A stretch of 64,000 nucleotides of DNA, from the NCBI GenBank assembly GCA_963706595.1, contig OY970166.1, positions 1,344,001 through 1,408,000 of the forward strand, read 5' to 3'. Of this stretch, positions 9,276-19,616 are shown piece by piece. Numbering within the stretch: the first letter of the stretch is position 1; every line of letters starts with the position of its first letter. This DNA comes from an uncultured cyanobacterium. GTDB lineage: Bacteria; Cyanobacteriota; Cyanobacteriia; Cyanobacteriales; Nostocaceae. The notes beneath the pieces are model-generated. The model had not been told where the DNA came from. It saw only the letters and a list, made by a program, of their open reading frames with translations, and searched no databases. A program made the translations under genes and the position numbers.

Positions 9276-11675
9276 ATGATGATTTTGCAGCACAAAAACT
9301 TAAAGCTGGCATTTGCATTATTATTTAGTTCAGCAACAATATTCTTTGCTAAAACGGCTAGTGCTGAGATATCTGCAAACACTTTGGCACTGGAAAACCT
9401 CAATAATAGCAAATTAGAATTATCCGCACCCCCGGAAGAAGATACTTCTGCATTAACTGCTAATCTGGAATCTTTGAGAATTTTGTCAGCCTCTGTCTCT
9501 AGTTTTATTCAGCAAACACAAGTAGCAGATTTAGCAAAAACTAATTTCCAGTTCCTGTCTTGTCCTCCCAGCAATACTGGAAAACCAGAATTTACCACAG
9601 TCACGGATTTAGCAAAAACTAATTCTCAAGTTCAGTCTTGTACTCCCAATAGAATTAGTCAGGCTGGATTTAATAAACAACTAGATCCACTAAACCCCCC
9701 ACCATATCCACAACCTAGAGTTGATGAATTGGATTTTGACCAAAAATTACCAGCAGAAAAACTACCTCAAGCTGAACAAGAATATATTATTTCCCCTAGA
9801 GTTGCTGATGAGCAAAAAATTCATCCACGCACAACTACCATCCCATTAAATAGTGTATTCATTAATCATTTAACTGCCAGGCAATTAAGTGTAGGTTCTA
9901 GCTTTAGTAATAACCAAAATACTACTTTTGATATTAATACACTTGTGAAGCTAAACGGACAAGTCAAAGAAAATTTGACCACAAATAATATTTTTACTGT
10001 AGACCAAACAGGAGAATATTTGCAACTGCAAACCCTGAGAAAAAACAGAGAAGTTACTGTTGATTTTCGAGAACCCCGAACTATGCTGGGTACACAACTC
10101 CAATTCAGCATGACTGCTTCATGTAACTTGCTTGGTGGGAATGCAGATCAAACCTGCACATATATTCCTGGTTTAAATTCTGCTGATATTAATCCTGATA
10201 CCTTGACACCCACTCGGTTTATTCAAACTTCAAAAGTAGGTGATGTAGTAGAACCAGAAACATTAGCTACAATTCGCAAACCGGGTTTTCAATCAGGGGC
10301 TAATGGTCAAGAAATTGGTATAGACTTATTTTTACCCAACACAGGTTCATTTGTTGGTAATAGCACTGGAAATCTATTATCTATCACCAGAAGCGAAGAG
10401 ATAGATAATACACCCGCAGCAATTTATTCTAGAGTGAGGCAAATTGTCAAAGTTAATGACCGCGAAGCTGTCATGGGTCGGACAGTCAGGGGCGTTAGCT
10501 TCATTTTAAATGATGATAATACTTTACTGAATACAGCGTTGCAACTGGGATATAATTTCTTGCCTGATATTGTACCTAATATTGCTAGTTCAGAAAACAA
10601 AGTTAACTCAAATGTTAACAATAATTTGTTTTTGGCTGCTAATAATGTCAGACTTCCTGCTAATAGTTTAACTGCTTATCATGGGGGAATTGCGAGAGCG
10701 CAAAGTGTCCCGCGAACAGCAGCAAATTTGAGCCAAGTACCTGCTGCTACGTTCAATGGTATTTGGTTGGGTGCGTCACCCATCATCACACGTAGGTCTG
10801 ATATTACTACTCGTTTTGAAGAAATTAGCCCCCAGACAATCTCTGCTGCTGGTGGTGGAGAAGGGGGATACGATTCTAATGTGAGTTTTGTTTCTAATAT
10901 TAATAATCAAACTTTTTCTCCAGTCAACTTACAAAATTTTTACACTCAGGTTTACGTGACAGCCTTAAATCAAGAAGTTAATAATGTGACAACTAATAGA
11001 TATAGAGAAGAAACAAAATATGCACCACATCTAAGTTTTACAGGAAATATCACAGGGACAGAGGAAGCTTTGAGATATTACACAGGTGTAATTGGTGCAG
11101 AGGAAATTAAAGCTTATGGTGGCGTAGATTTTACTAAAAATACCGCTAATGGATGGAATTTTTCGGGAGGGGTAATTGGCTATATTAATCCAGATATTGA
11201 TTACTATAGTCAAATAACAGGCAGTGTTGGTAAACGTATTCGCTTTAGTCGCAATAGTAATTTAGTCATATCCACTGGAGTTAATTATGCTTTGGATAGA
11301 GAAACTCGCTCTAATGACTTTGTGAATTCAATTACAGTTAGAGCCAGAGCAAATTTGGGTAATATTTGGTTTGGTTTAACTAACTATTTTGGGGATGTTT
11401 TACCAGATTCAGTGAAGAATACGCTGGTAACAAGTGTTGGTATTGATTTTAACAATAATTTTTCGTTATCAGCATATTTGAATCCGATCAATGAAAATGC
11501 AGCACGTTCTGTCTATGGTGCAGGAGCGAGATTTCGACTCGGCACAAATCAGAATAGTCCCACACTCAACCTATCCTGGCAAAATAATGAGTATGACTAT
11601 GGCAGAGATATCGCTGACAATGAATTGAAGATAAACGAAAATATATTTACTGTGTTTTTGAGGGGTAATTTTTGA
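9276..11675 (+). CDS. Large outer-membrane beta-barrel-like protein of unknown function
   Basis: Signal peptide ending AKTASA; amphipathic Gly/aromatic-rich strands in the C-terminal third; terminal ...FTVFLRGNF beta-signal. Start codon uncertain (9246-9279). Confidence 0.8.
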   Translation: MMILQHKNLKLAFALLFSSATIFFAKTASAEISANTLALENLNNSKLELSAPPEEDTSALTANLESLRILSASVSSFIQQTQVADLAKTNFQFLSCPPSNTGKPEFTTVTDLAKTNSQVQSCTPNRISQAGFNKQLDPLNPPPYPQPRVDELDFDQKLPAEKLPQAEQEYIISPRVADEQKIHPRTTTIPLNSVFINHLTARQLSVGSSFSNNQNTTFDINTLVKLNGQVKENLTTNNIFTVDQTGEYLQLQTLRKNREVTVDFREPRTMLGTQLQFSMTASCNLLGGNADQTCTYIPGLNSADINPDTLTPTRFIQTSKVGDVVEPETLATIRKPGFQSGANGQEIGIDLFLPNTGSFVGNSTGNLLSITRSEEIDNTPAAIYSRVRQIVKVNDREAVMGRTVRGVSFILNDDNTLLNTALQLGYNFLPDIVPNIASSENKVNSNVNNNLFLAANNVRLPANSLTAYHGGIARAQSVPRTAANLSQVPAATFNGIWLGASPIITRRSDITTRFEEISPQTISAAGGGEGGYDSNVSFVSNINNQTFSPVNLQNFYTQVYVTALNQEVNNVTTNRYREETKYAPHLSFTGNITGTEEALRYYTGVIGAEEIKAYGGVDFTKNTANGWNFSGGVIGYINPDIDYYSQITGSVGKRIRFSRNSNLVISTGVNYALDRETRSNDFVNSITVRARANLGNIWFGLTNYFGDVLPDSVKNTLVTSVGIDFNNNFSLSAYLNPINENAARSVYGAGARFRLGTNQNSPTLNLSWQNNEYDYGRDIADNELKINENIFTVFLRGNF

Positions 11676-11742
11676 AGCTGGTTTTTCACCTACATATCTT
11701 ATAATAATGACTCATTCTTTGTTTTTCTAACTGGAGAAACCA

Positions 11743-12945
11743 ATGGGTCGCGCTAAAAAGGTTGTCTTGGCATATTCTGGGGGAGTAGATACTTCCGTTT
11801 GTATCCCCTATCTGAAAAATGAATGGGGTGTAGAAGAAGTAATTACCCTCGCAGCAGATTTGGGTCAGGGAGATGAATTAGAGCCAATTCGAGAAAAAGC
11901 GCTGAAATCGGGTGCAAGTGAGTCTCTAGTGGTTGACGTTAAAGATAGTTTCGTTAAAGATTATGCTTTTGCCGCGATTCAAGCAAATGCTCTATACGAA
12001 AATCGATATCCTTTGGGGACAGCTCTGGCTCGTCCGTTAATTGCTAAAATATTAGTAGAAGCTGCCCATAAATATGGTGCTGATGCGATCGCTCACGGTT
12101 GCACAGGTAAAGGTAATGATCAGGTTCGCTTTGATGTGGCTTGCGCTGCTCTCAATCCTAATCTGAAGATCCTCGCACCGGCAAGAGAATGGGGTATGAG
12201 CCGTGAGGAAACCATCGCTTATGGTGAGAAATGTGGTATTCCCTCACCTGTGAAAAAATCTTCTCCTTACAGCATTGATAAAAATTTACTCGGTCGTAGT
12301 ATTGAAGCTGGCATACTGGAAGATCCAGCCGTTGAGCCACTAGAAGAAATCTATGAAATGACCAAGGCGATCGCTGATACGCCGAATGAACCAGAGTATA
12401 TTGAAATTGGTTTTACACGCGGTATTCCTACCAGCCTCAACGGTACACCTAAAAACCCAGTTGAGCTAATTGAACAACTCAATCAGGTGGTAGGAAATCA
12501 CGGTATTGGGCGGATTGACATGATGGAAAACCGCTTAGTCGGGATTAAATCTAGGGAAATTTACGAATCACCCGCGATGTTAGTGCTAATTCAGGCACAC
12601 CGGGATTTAGAAAGCCTGACTTTGACAGCAGATGTCAGCCACTACAAGCGAGGTATTGAAGAGACTTATACTCAAATCGTTTATAACGGTCTTTGGTACA
12701 GTCCACTCAAAGGCGCACTAGATGCGTTTATTCAAAAGACACAAGAACGTGTTTTAGGAACTGTACGAGTCAAACTTTTTAAAGGTAATGCCACTGTAGT
12801 CGGGCGTTGGAGTGACAATTCACTTTACAGCCCAGACTTGGCAACCTATGGATCTGAAGACCAATTTGATCACAAAGCAGCTGAAGGCTTTATTTACGTT
12901 TGGGGATTACCCACTCGTATTTGGGCGCAGCAAGGTAACAGTTAG
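11743..12945 (+). CDS. argG: Argininosuccinate synthase
   Basis: [23 protein letters not shown] and [14 protein letters not shown]. Confidence 0.99.
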   Translation: MGRAKKVVLAYSGGVDTSVCIPYLKNEWGVEEVITLAADLGQGDELEPIREKALKSGASESLVVDVKDSFVKDYAFAAIQANALYENRYPLGTALARPLIAKILVEAAHKYGADAIAHGCTGKGNDQVRFDVACAALNPNLKILAPAREWGMSREETIAYGEKCGIPSPVKKSSPYSIDKNLLGRSIEAGILEDPAVEPLEEIYEMTKAIADTPNEPEYIEIGFTRGIPTSLNGTPKNPVELIEQLNQVVGNHGIGRIDMMENRLVGIKSREIYESPAMLVLIQAHRDLESLTLTADVSHYKRGIEETYTQIVYNGLWYSPLKGALDAFIQKTQERVLGTVRVKLFKGNATVVGRWSDNSLYSPDLATYGSEDQFDHKAAEGFIYVWGLPTRIWAQQGNS

Positions 12946-13076
12946 GGAATAGGGAATAGGGAGTGGGGAGTGGGGAGTGGGGAGTGGGGATTGAGATGGA
13001 CAATTTTCTTCCCCCCTGCTCCCTGCCCCCTGCTCCCCTGCTTCTTCCCCCTGCTCCCCTGCTTCTTCCCCCTGCC
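12943..13076. repeat. STRR heptamer arrays (GGGGAGT/TAGGGAA) and C-rich repeat between convergent genes
   Basis: (TAGGGAA)(GGGGAGT)n at 12943-12990, then repeated CCCCTGCT-type units. Confidence 0.9.
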
Positions 13077-13706
13077 TTACTCGCCTGCTGCCCGCTTGAC
13101 TTGGCGGGACTCTAACCAGATGGGTATAGCAATCAAAGCAACCAGAATTAGTAAAGCTGCGATCGCAAATTGACTTACCCAGGCCACTAATTGTTCTAGG
13201 GAGACAACTTTGCCAGCAAAAAACGCTAACGTTACCATCACACTAGCCCAGGTGGTTGCTCCGGCTAAGTTGTACAAAAAGAATTTTCTGAACGGCATTT
13301 CAGCTATACCAGCTAGTGGTGCTGCAAATATTCGCAATAATGCAAAAAAGCGCCCAAAGAATACAGCTTTAGTCGCATTTTCACTAAATTGATTTTTAAT
13401 ATTCAACAAGCGCTCATCGGAAATCCGAAAGAGCTTACCTATTTGTACCAGGAAAGGCCAACCCCCTATTTTACCAATCCAATAACCGCAAGCACCCCCA
13501 ATTACTGCACCTGCAACGGCATCACTAAGAACTAACCAATAGTTTAATTCCTCACTCCCAGCTAGAAATCCGCCGACTATGGTCACGGTTTCACCAGGAA
13601 GGGGAATGCCCAAATTTTCTAGCAAAATGCCCAAAAAAATTGCCCAGTAACCATACTGGTGGGCAAATTCCTGGATGTTTTCTAGTGAAATCAGCTCAAG
13701 AGACAT
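13077..13706 (-). CDS. DedA family membrane protein
   Basis: LENLGIPLPGET and FGRFFALLR motifs. Confidence 0.95.
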   Translation of the reverse strand: MSLELISLENIQEFAHQYGYWAIFLGILLENLGIPLPGETVTIVGGFLAGSEELNYWLVLSDAVAGAVIGGACGYWIGKIGGWPFLVQIGKLFRISDERLLNIKNQFSENATKAVFFGRFFALLRIFAAPLAGIAEMPFRKFFLYNLAGATTWASVMVTLAFFAGKVVSLEQLVAWVSQFAIAALLILVALIAIPIWLESRQVKRAAGE

Positions 13707-13787
13707 CCCGCACCGCCGCCTTTACAATTTTTTACCTTTCATATATCTTGGCTCTTCTATGGCTGGGGTGTCAATCAATCCGCTTCA

Positions 13788-13885
13788 GAGTGGGGAGTGG
13801 GGAGTGGGGAATGGGGAATGGGGAGTGGGGAGTGGGGAGTGGGGAGTGGGGAATGGGGAATGGGGAGTGGGGAATATGGAGTGGG
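13788..13885. repeat. STRR tandem heptamer array (GGGGAGT/GGGGAAT)
   Basis: About a dozen tandem heptamers. Confidence 0.95.
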
Positions 13886-14188
13886 CGGCACTAATTCATA
13901 TTCTGTGCTGCCTTGTCAAGCCTTTTTATGGAAATTTTATAAAAATCCTGGTAAAATGTGAAAATCTGGTAAAAGATACGGTTGATACCGAAATTGTGAT
14001 GCCATTATGCCTATAGTTAAGAAAGTTAACATAAATTATACGACATAAATACTGAAGTAAAATGTATCAACAGAACTACTGTAATTGCCTGAATATGAAA
14101 ATAAAACAGTAATTTTGTCGTTGAAACTGAATCAGTATTGATGTAATATTTCTGTTCTGTTACGTTTTGCAAATAGGTTGTTAAATTT

Positions 14189-14626
14189 ATGACTATCTCA
14201 CAAAATCAAGTGGTTTTATTTAAGCCCCAAGGCAGCATAGACTTGCAGGGTGGAATGGCTTTTAGCGAAAAAATGTTGGAAGTAACACCCCAGTCTAATC
14301 AACTCTGGGTTATTGATTTGTCAGAAGTAGAATTCATGGACAGTTCAGGATTAGTCCCCCTAATCAATGGACTAACATCAGCACGCGAAAGTGGTTGTCG
14401 TCTAGTTTTGTGCAACGTGCAAACTCCGGTCAGATTAATTTTGGAACTAACACAACTGGACTCAGTGTTTGAAATCTTCGACACTTACGAGGATATTTTC
14501 ACCAATGCTAATGATAGGAATGCTCAGCGATTGCCTAATTTACTGCATTCTGCTATTCTAAATTTCACCAGGGGACTCCCACTACAGGCGCAAGCCTGCT
14601 GTATTTACTGTGAAAAAAAATACTAA
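14189..14626 (+). CDS. STAS-domain anti-sigma-factor antagonist
   Basis: IDLSEVEFMDSSGL phosphoacceptor motif; the C-terminus may be extended by a frameshift. Confidence 0.9.
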   Translation: MTISQNQVVLFKPQGSIDLQGGMAFSEKMLEVTPQSNQLWVIDLSEVEFMDSSGLVPLINGLTSARESGCRLVLCNVQTPVRLILELTQLDSVFEIFDTYEDIFTNANDRNAQRLPNLLHSAILNFTRGLPLQAQACCIYCEKKY

Positions 14627-14766
14627 AGTTAGGTAAAATCTCATATTGTGACTAAAAGTCGCATGAATCGACCACTTCCACAAAGGCAAGTGGTTTATTA
14701 TTGTGGCAATTGCCTATATTATTCCCAAAAGGTCTAAAGTTGTAATTTAGACCTTCTAAATGGCTA

Positions 14767-15333
14767 TCAGGCATTCTGCACTGGAGAAATATTATTTTGA
14801 TTTTGGCTAGATCCTGGGCGGGCAAAATTCGGTAAATCAATGCCACTGTGACTAGCCGTGCGGGTTTTGATCGCCAAACGGTAACTCACACTTTGCAGTT
14901 CTGCCTGAAGTTTGCGGTTTTCTCGTTGTAGAATTGCCACTTTTTCTCTGACTGGAGCCATACGTTCCTCGAATTTACGACGGTAAATTTGAGGTAATTC
15001 TTGTACAACCTGCTCCAACATCCGACTACGATCAGTTAGTTCTTGCACTGACTGCCGCAGTTGGTAAATTTCGGTGTCACGAGTGGTAATTTGTTCTTGA
15101 TAGAACGTTACCTGCTGCTCAACCGCTTGCAATTGTTCTTGCAATGCTTGTAACTGACTCGGATCATATTCCGGTTCAGAGCGCTGGGGCATAAAGTTAG
15201 TATTGCCCTTGACCAGCCGGAAGAGTTCTTGAGATAGCTGCTGCACTAATTGATCACGAAGCTGCAACTCTTGGCGCAACTGCGATACCTCGGTAGAGAG
15301 AGCTTGGATGTTGGGTGTGTCAGTTTGGCTCAC
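14767..15333 (-). CDS. Conserved cyanobacterial coiled-coil protein (resembles Npun_F5560 family)
   Basis: Long Q/E/L heptad repeats; RDQLVQQLSQELFRLVKGN. Family name recalled, not searched. Confidence 0.8.
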   Translation of the reverse strand: MSQTDTPNIQALSTEVSQLRQELQLRDQLVQQLSQELFRLVKGNTNFMPQRSEPEYDPSQLQALQEQLQAVEQQVTFYQEQITTRDTEIYQLRQSVQELTDRSRMLEQVVQELPQIYRRKFEERMAPVREKVAILQRENRKLQAELQSVSYRLAIKTRTASHSGIDLPNFARPGSSQNQNNISPVQNA

Positions 15334-15546
15334 AGTGGCTTACAGCTCCCATTGACGAATGCTTGTCGAATCTTAGGTAAGTATAACTGCGGTGGTACTG
15401 CCTTTAGGAGGTACTTGTTGATTTAGCATTCCCAACTAAAGCCAGAAATAAGCAAATGGTAAAAATTTTCTGAGATTAAATTTTTTTAGTGCTGAGTACT
15501 GAATTGGAAAAACTCAATACTCAGCACTGCTTACTCAAAAGTTTTC

Positions 15547-15885
15547 TTAAGCAGAAACAGCAACTGCTTCTTCAGCTTCTTCTGCTGTTTCTTCTGGTAC
15601 ATCCTGCTTAATTGTCAAGTAGCGAATCACTTCTTCACTCAAACGCATAGCACGTTCCATCGGAGCGATCGCAGTTCCAGGACCAGTGTAATCCATTTGA
15701 ACGTAGATGCCATCCCGATGCTTGTTAATTTCATAAGCTAGGCGACGTTTCCCACGATTTTGAATTTTTATATTCTCAGCACCTTGTTCAGTGAGCAAGT
15801 TCTGGTATTTAGCAATTGCTTGCTCTACCTGTTCTTCTCCTATATCGGGACGCAGAATGTAAATTGTTTCGTAAACTATGGACAT
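15547..15885 (-). CDS. rpsF: 30S ribosomal protein S6
   Basis: [20 protein letters not shown] and EEVIRYL. Confidence 0.99.
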   Translation of the reverse strand: MSIVYETIYILRPDIGEEQVEQAIAKYQNLLTEQGAENIKIQNRGKRRLAYEINKHRDGIYVQMDYTGPGTAIAPMERAMRLSEEVIRYLTIKQDVPEETAEEAEEAVAVSA

Positions 15886-15984
15886 AATTTTAAGTCACCT
15901 TATGGACGTAGGGGCTGCTGATGTGATTTTATACTTAAATACCACAAAGGATCTGAGTAATAATCAACATCTAAGCAACAAGGA
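15886..15984 (-). promoter_or_regulatory. S6:S18 ribosomal leader
   Basis: Minus strand TCCTTGTTGCT...AGCAGCCCCTACGTCCATAAGG pairs across the SD region, as in rpsF leaders. Confidence 0.6.
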
Positions 15985-16049
15985 ACTATAATCTTACCAG
16001 TTTTCAATTTGAATCATCAGCCAAATTCGCCAAATTCGCATTTTTCACC

Positions 16050-16248
16050 AGAAGTTGCCTTCAGGGCGATGAGGGAGTCAGCCCACCCACAGGGCAAAAA
16101 GCCCTGATCCCTCCGGTCAAGGCTACGTGGCAGGTGAAGCTCTCAACTGAGATAAGGGTACAGGCATACTTCCTAAATTGAGACTGTATGGCAACCGCCA
16201 AGGAGGTTAAGACATAAACGGATAATCAAACTTAGACACCAAAAGGGT
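16050..16248 (-). ncRNA. 6S RNA-like ncRNA
   Basis: About 200-nt rod. Closing stem CCTTTTGGTG/CGCCCTGAAGG; central bubble GTTTATGTCTTAA opposite hairpin CAGGGC-TTTTT-GCCCTG; stems CCTCC/GGAGG and TCTCAATT/AGTTGAGA. Carries the cyanobacterial 6S-type strings CTCCTTGGCG and AGCCTTGACCGGAGGG. Confidence 0.75.
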
Positions 16249-16379
16249 TTTAACCCACTCCCCACTCCCTACTCCCCAGCTATAGTTATCAGTCTGAGGC
16301 TACAGCCTCTACCACAGACTGAATATTTGCTCCTCGCTAACAGCTTTTAATCGCAGACAAAAGGATATTAATCAAGGTT

Positions 16380-17153
16380 ATGGCGCAGCGCTATGTGCGA
16401 GTTCAAAATCTAGAAGGCAAGGTCTACTATGGATTGCTACAACTATCCCTCAACGTGCAGGTGCTAGATGCTCCACCCTGGTTAGAAGGGCAACCCACAG
16501 ATTTAATTCTAGAACCCGAAAAATACCAAATTCTGACTCCCTGCGCTCCTTCAAAAGTTGTGGCAGTAGGCAAGAATTATGCAGATCATGCCGCAGAAAT
16601 GGGAACTACAGTTCCCAATGAACCATTAATATTTCTCAAGCCATCAACATCTCTTATTGCTACGGAAACAGAAATTATGTATCCGTCCCAGTCGCAACGG
16701 GTAGATTACGAAGGTGAGTTAGCACTAGTGATTGGCGATCGCACCTGTGACTGCACAATAGAAGAAGCCCAAACCAAAATTTGGGGCTATACCATTGCTA
16801 ACGATGTGACGGCGAGGGATTTACAACAAAAGGATAGCCAATGGACTCGCGCCAAAGGTTTTGATACGTTTTGTCCTTTAGGCCCTTGGATTGTCCGAGA
16901 ATTAAATCCTGGGGCGAGATTACAGACCTTTTTGAATGACGATGCTATCCCTGTGCAATCTGCCTGTATTGATCAGATGGTATTTGCTCCTGATGTTCTC
17001 GTGTCGTACATTAGTCAGGTGATGACACTACTACCAGGAGACGTAGTGCTAACTGGTACACCATTGGGTGTAGGTCCACTGCACATAGGCGATCGCATCC
17101 GAGTGGAAATTGAAGGTATTGGTCGCCTAGAAAACAAAGTAGCTAGGCGTTAA
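16380..17153 (+). CDS. Fumarylacetoacetate hydrolase family protein
   Basis: GKNYADHAAE, DYEGEL, NDVTARD and LTGTP motifs. Confidence 0.95.
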   Translation: MAQRYVRVQNLEGKVYYGLLQLSLNVQVLDAPPWLEGQPTDLILEPEKYQILTPCAPSKVVAVGKNYADHAAEMGTTVPNEPLIFLKPSTSLIATETEIMYPSQSQRVDYEGELALVIGDRTCDCTIEEAQTKIWGYTIANDVTARDLQQKDSQWTRAKGFDTFCPLGPWIVRELNPGARLQTFLNDDAIPVQSACIDQMVFAPDVLVSYISQVMTLLPGDVVLTGTPLGVGPLHIGDRIRVEIEGIGRLENKVARR

Positions 17154-17156
17154 CTC

Positions 17157-17630
17157 TTAGCGCACTTGCATATGCACCGCATCAGAAATTGCCGGAATTT
17201 CTGCATAACGCCCAAACAGGGATTGAGCAACAGAATAAACCACTGCTGCAACTATACCGAGAAAGATGGTATTGGAGATGGTTTCTGAAGCAAAGCCAGC
17301 ACCAGGAATCGAACCTAAAACTTGCAGCACTATTTCACACAAAAATAAAACAATGTTCAAAAGAATTGCCTGCATCGTGTTGAAGCGAATGAAGTGACTA
17401 ATTTTTTCGTTTCTGACCACTAAGAGGAACAAAGCAAAGAAAATAATCAAGCTGGCAAAGGGGAGTTGATAAATTCCGATGATGGGACTCAAAGGGATAA
17501 ACAACAACCCGATGACTGGAAACTGACTGAACAAAAATCTACCAAAGGCTAGACCTTCAACTAAGGGTAGCAAATAAGGTAAACAAGCAAAAATCCGGTC
17601 GGAAACCGTTATAGACCCACGCCAAGTCAT
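17157..17630 (-). CDS. Tic20/Ycf60 family membrane protein
   Basis: MTWRGS start; DRIFACLPYLLPL and HFIRFNTMQA. Confidence 0.9.
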   Translation of the reverse strand: MTWRGSITVSDRIFACLPYLLPLVEGLAFGRFLFSQFPVIGLLFIPLSPIIGIYQLPFASLIIFFALFLLVVRNEKISHFIRFNTMQAILLNIVLFLCEIVLQVLGSIPGAGFASETISNTIFLGIVAAVVYSVAQSLFGRYAEIPAISDAVHMQVR

Positions 17631-17711
17631 TGTGCGTTCTCCTATGGCTAAAATTTCAGAGTTACTTGAGCTTAGGATAACGCAGTTGCTTGGTTGTGCT
17701 GACAAATGGGA

Positions 17712-17912
17712 TTATTTTATATCCGCAATTCGGAAACCCATCAGACATTTATACTGCGCTGGCTGCTGGGCATTTAGTTGGCGAATTGCTTGAGCGCATC
17801 GCAGTTCACCTCCACCCCAACGGGGTTGACCGCTATGGTCAGCAAGTAAGCAAGATTGGCAAACTTGCGCCGGGGCAAGGATTTGATTATCCATTAAAAT
17901 GACTAACATCAC
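17712..17912 (-). CDS. Small conserved Cys-rich hypothetical protein
   Basis: CQSC...C...CxMGF; SD-like AGGAGG upstream. Confidence 0.75.
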   Translation of the reverse strand: MMLVILMDNQILAPAQVCQSCLLADHSGQPRWGGGELRCAQAIRQLNAQQPAQYKCLMGFRIADIK

Positions 17913-18332
17913 ATCCCTCCTGTAAATTTTTATTAATTATGGGTGTTCAAATTGCGCCTGAAGTGATTTAGCGGAAATCGTCTCAGAGAAGAGGTCAAAA
18001 GAAGCAGAGGAGCAGGGAGCACCGGAGCAAGGGAGAAGAGGAAAGGTAGTTAAGCAAAGTGAATCAGTGCTGTTGTAAAAAATTCCCAGTCAACTTTAGT
18101 TTATTTTATGTTATCTATCGAAAATATTGACTTTTTTGTAACAAATCATACAGAAATACTGCCTCTTAAGTAGAGCAGAGATATTCCACAGTATCCAATC
18201 AAAGGGTAAAATTTGAAATTCAGGAAAAAGGTTGATGATAATTAAGAAGTCAGTAGTGAAAAACTATTGACTGAGGTGCTACACCAAGCCCAAGTCCACC
18301 GTTGTGCAAAATTCCACCAAGGATAAATTTAA

Positions 18333-19616
18333 GTGACTAAAACGAATTCCGAATTTTTGGCTAACTCCGACCCCGCGATCGCTGAATTAATTAACCAAGA
18401 ACTACAACGCCAACGCGACCACCTAGAGTTAATTGCTAGTGAAAACTTTACTTCAGCTGCTGTACTAGCAGCCCAAGGTTCAGTATTAACCAATAAATAC
18501 GCCGAAGGATTGCCAGGAAAACGTTACTATGGCGGTTGTGAATTTGTCGATCAAGTCGAACAAATCGCCATCGACCGAGCTAAACAGCTATTTGGTGCGG
18601 CTCATGCGAATGTTCAACCCCATTCTGGCGCTCAGGCAAATTTTGCAGTTTTCCTGACATTACTGCAACCCGGCGATAAAATCATGGGAATGGATTTGTC
18701 TCATGGCGGACATCTCACCCACGGTTCACCTGTAAATGTTTCGGGTAAATGGTTTGAAGTTTGCCACTACGGTGTCAGCCAACAAACAGAACAGCTAGAC
18801 TACGAACAAATTCGGGAGCAGGCGCTGAGGGAGCGTCCCAAGCTCTTAATTTGTGGATATTCAGCTTATCCTCGTGTAATTGATTTTGAAAAGTTCCGCA
18901 GTATCGCTGATGAAGTGGGCGCTTACTTGCTGGCAGATATTGCCCATATCGCTGGTTTAGTTGCTACCGGTTTGCATCCTAACCCGATTCCCTTCTGTGA
19001 TGTCGTCACTACAACAACTCATAAAACCCTGCGTGGACCTCGTGGTGGTTTGATTTTGACCCGCGATGCAGAATTAGGTAAAAAGTTCGATAAAGCTGTT
19101 TTCCCTGGCACTCAAGGTGGTCCCCTAGAACACGTCATTGCCGGAAAAGCAGTGGCTTTTGGGGAAGCACTGAAGCCAGATTTTAAAGAGTATTCGGCGC
19201 AAGTAATTGACAATGCTCGTGCTTTGGCAAGTCAATTGCAAAACCGTGGTTTAAAGCTAGTGTCAAATGGAACAGATAATCATTTGATGTTAGTAGATTT
19301 ACAGAATATTGGACTTACCGGAAAGCAAGCCGATCAACTGGTGAGTGGCGTAAATATTACTGCTAACAAAAATACAGTTCCCTTTGACCCGCAATCACCA
19401 TTTGTTACCAGTGGTTTGAGGTTAGGTTCTCCAGCCATGACTACACGGGGCATGGGTGTTACAGAATTTACCGAGATTGGGAATATTATCGCTGACAGAC
19501 TGCTGTCGCCTGATTCTGAGACAGTAGCACAAGATTGTCGCCAACGGGTAGCCGCATTGTGCGATCGCTTCCCCTTGTACCCACATCTACAGATTCCCGT
19601 ACCAGCCTTAGCTTAA
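18333..19616 (+). CDS. glyA: Serine hydroxymethyltransferase
   Basis: [15 protein letters not shown] and [14 protein letters not shown]. Confidence 0.99.
   Translation: MTKTNSEFLANSDPAIAELINQELQRQRDHLELIASENFTSAAVLAAQGSVLTNKYAEGLPGKRYYGGCEFVDQVEQIAIDRAKQLFGAAHANVQPHSGAQANFAVFLTLLQPGDKIMGMDLSHGGHLTHGSPVNVSGKWFEVCHYGVSQQTEQLDYEQIREQALRERPKLLICGYSAYPRVIDFEKFRSIADEVGAYLLADIAHIAGLVATGLHPNPIPFCDVVTTTTHKTLRGPRGGLILTRDAELGKKFDKAVFPGTQGGPLEHVIAGKAVAFGEALKPDFKEYSAQVIDNARALASQLQNRGLKLVSNGTDNHLMLVDLQNIGLTGKQADQLVSGVNITANKNTVPFDPQSPFVTSGLRLGSPAMTTRGMGVTEFTEIGNIIADRLLSPDSETVAQDCRQRVAALCDRFPLYPHLQIPVPALA

Noticed and set aside
13788..13885. Possible CRISPR array
   Set aside because: Tandem 7-mers with no spacers. 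No repeat-spacer array or cas gene was seen anywhere in the window.
12970..14016. ORFs with GEWGVG/GSGEWG repeats (12970, 13640, 13675)
   Set aside because: They are translations of STRR heptamer arrays overlapping dedA.
16050..16248. SRP RNA (ffs) as the identity of the ncRNA
   Set aside because: It lacks the TCAGG.CCGGAAGG.AGCAGC helix-8 motif; size and fold fit 6S.
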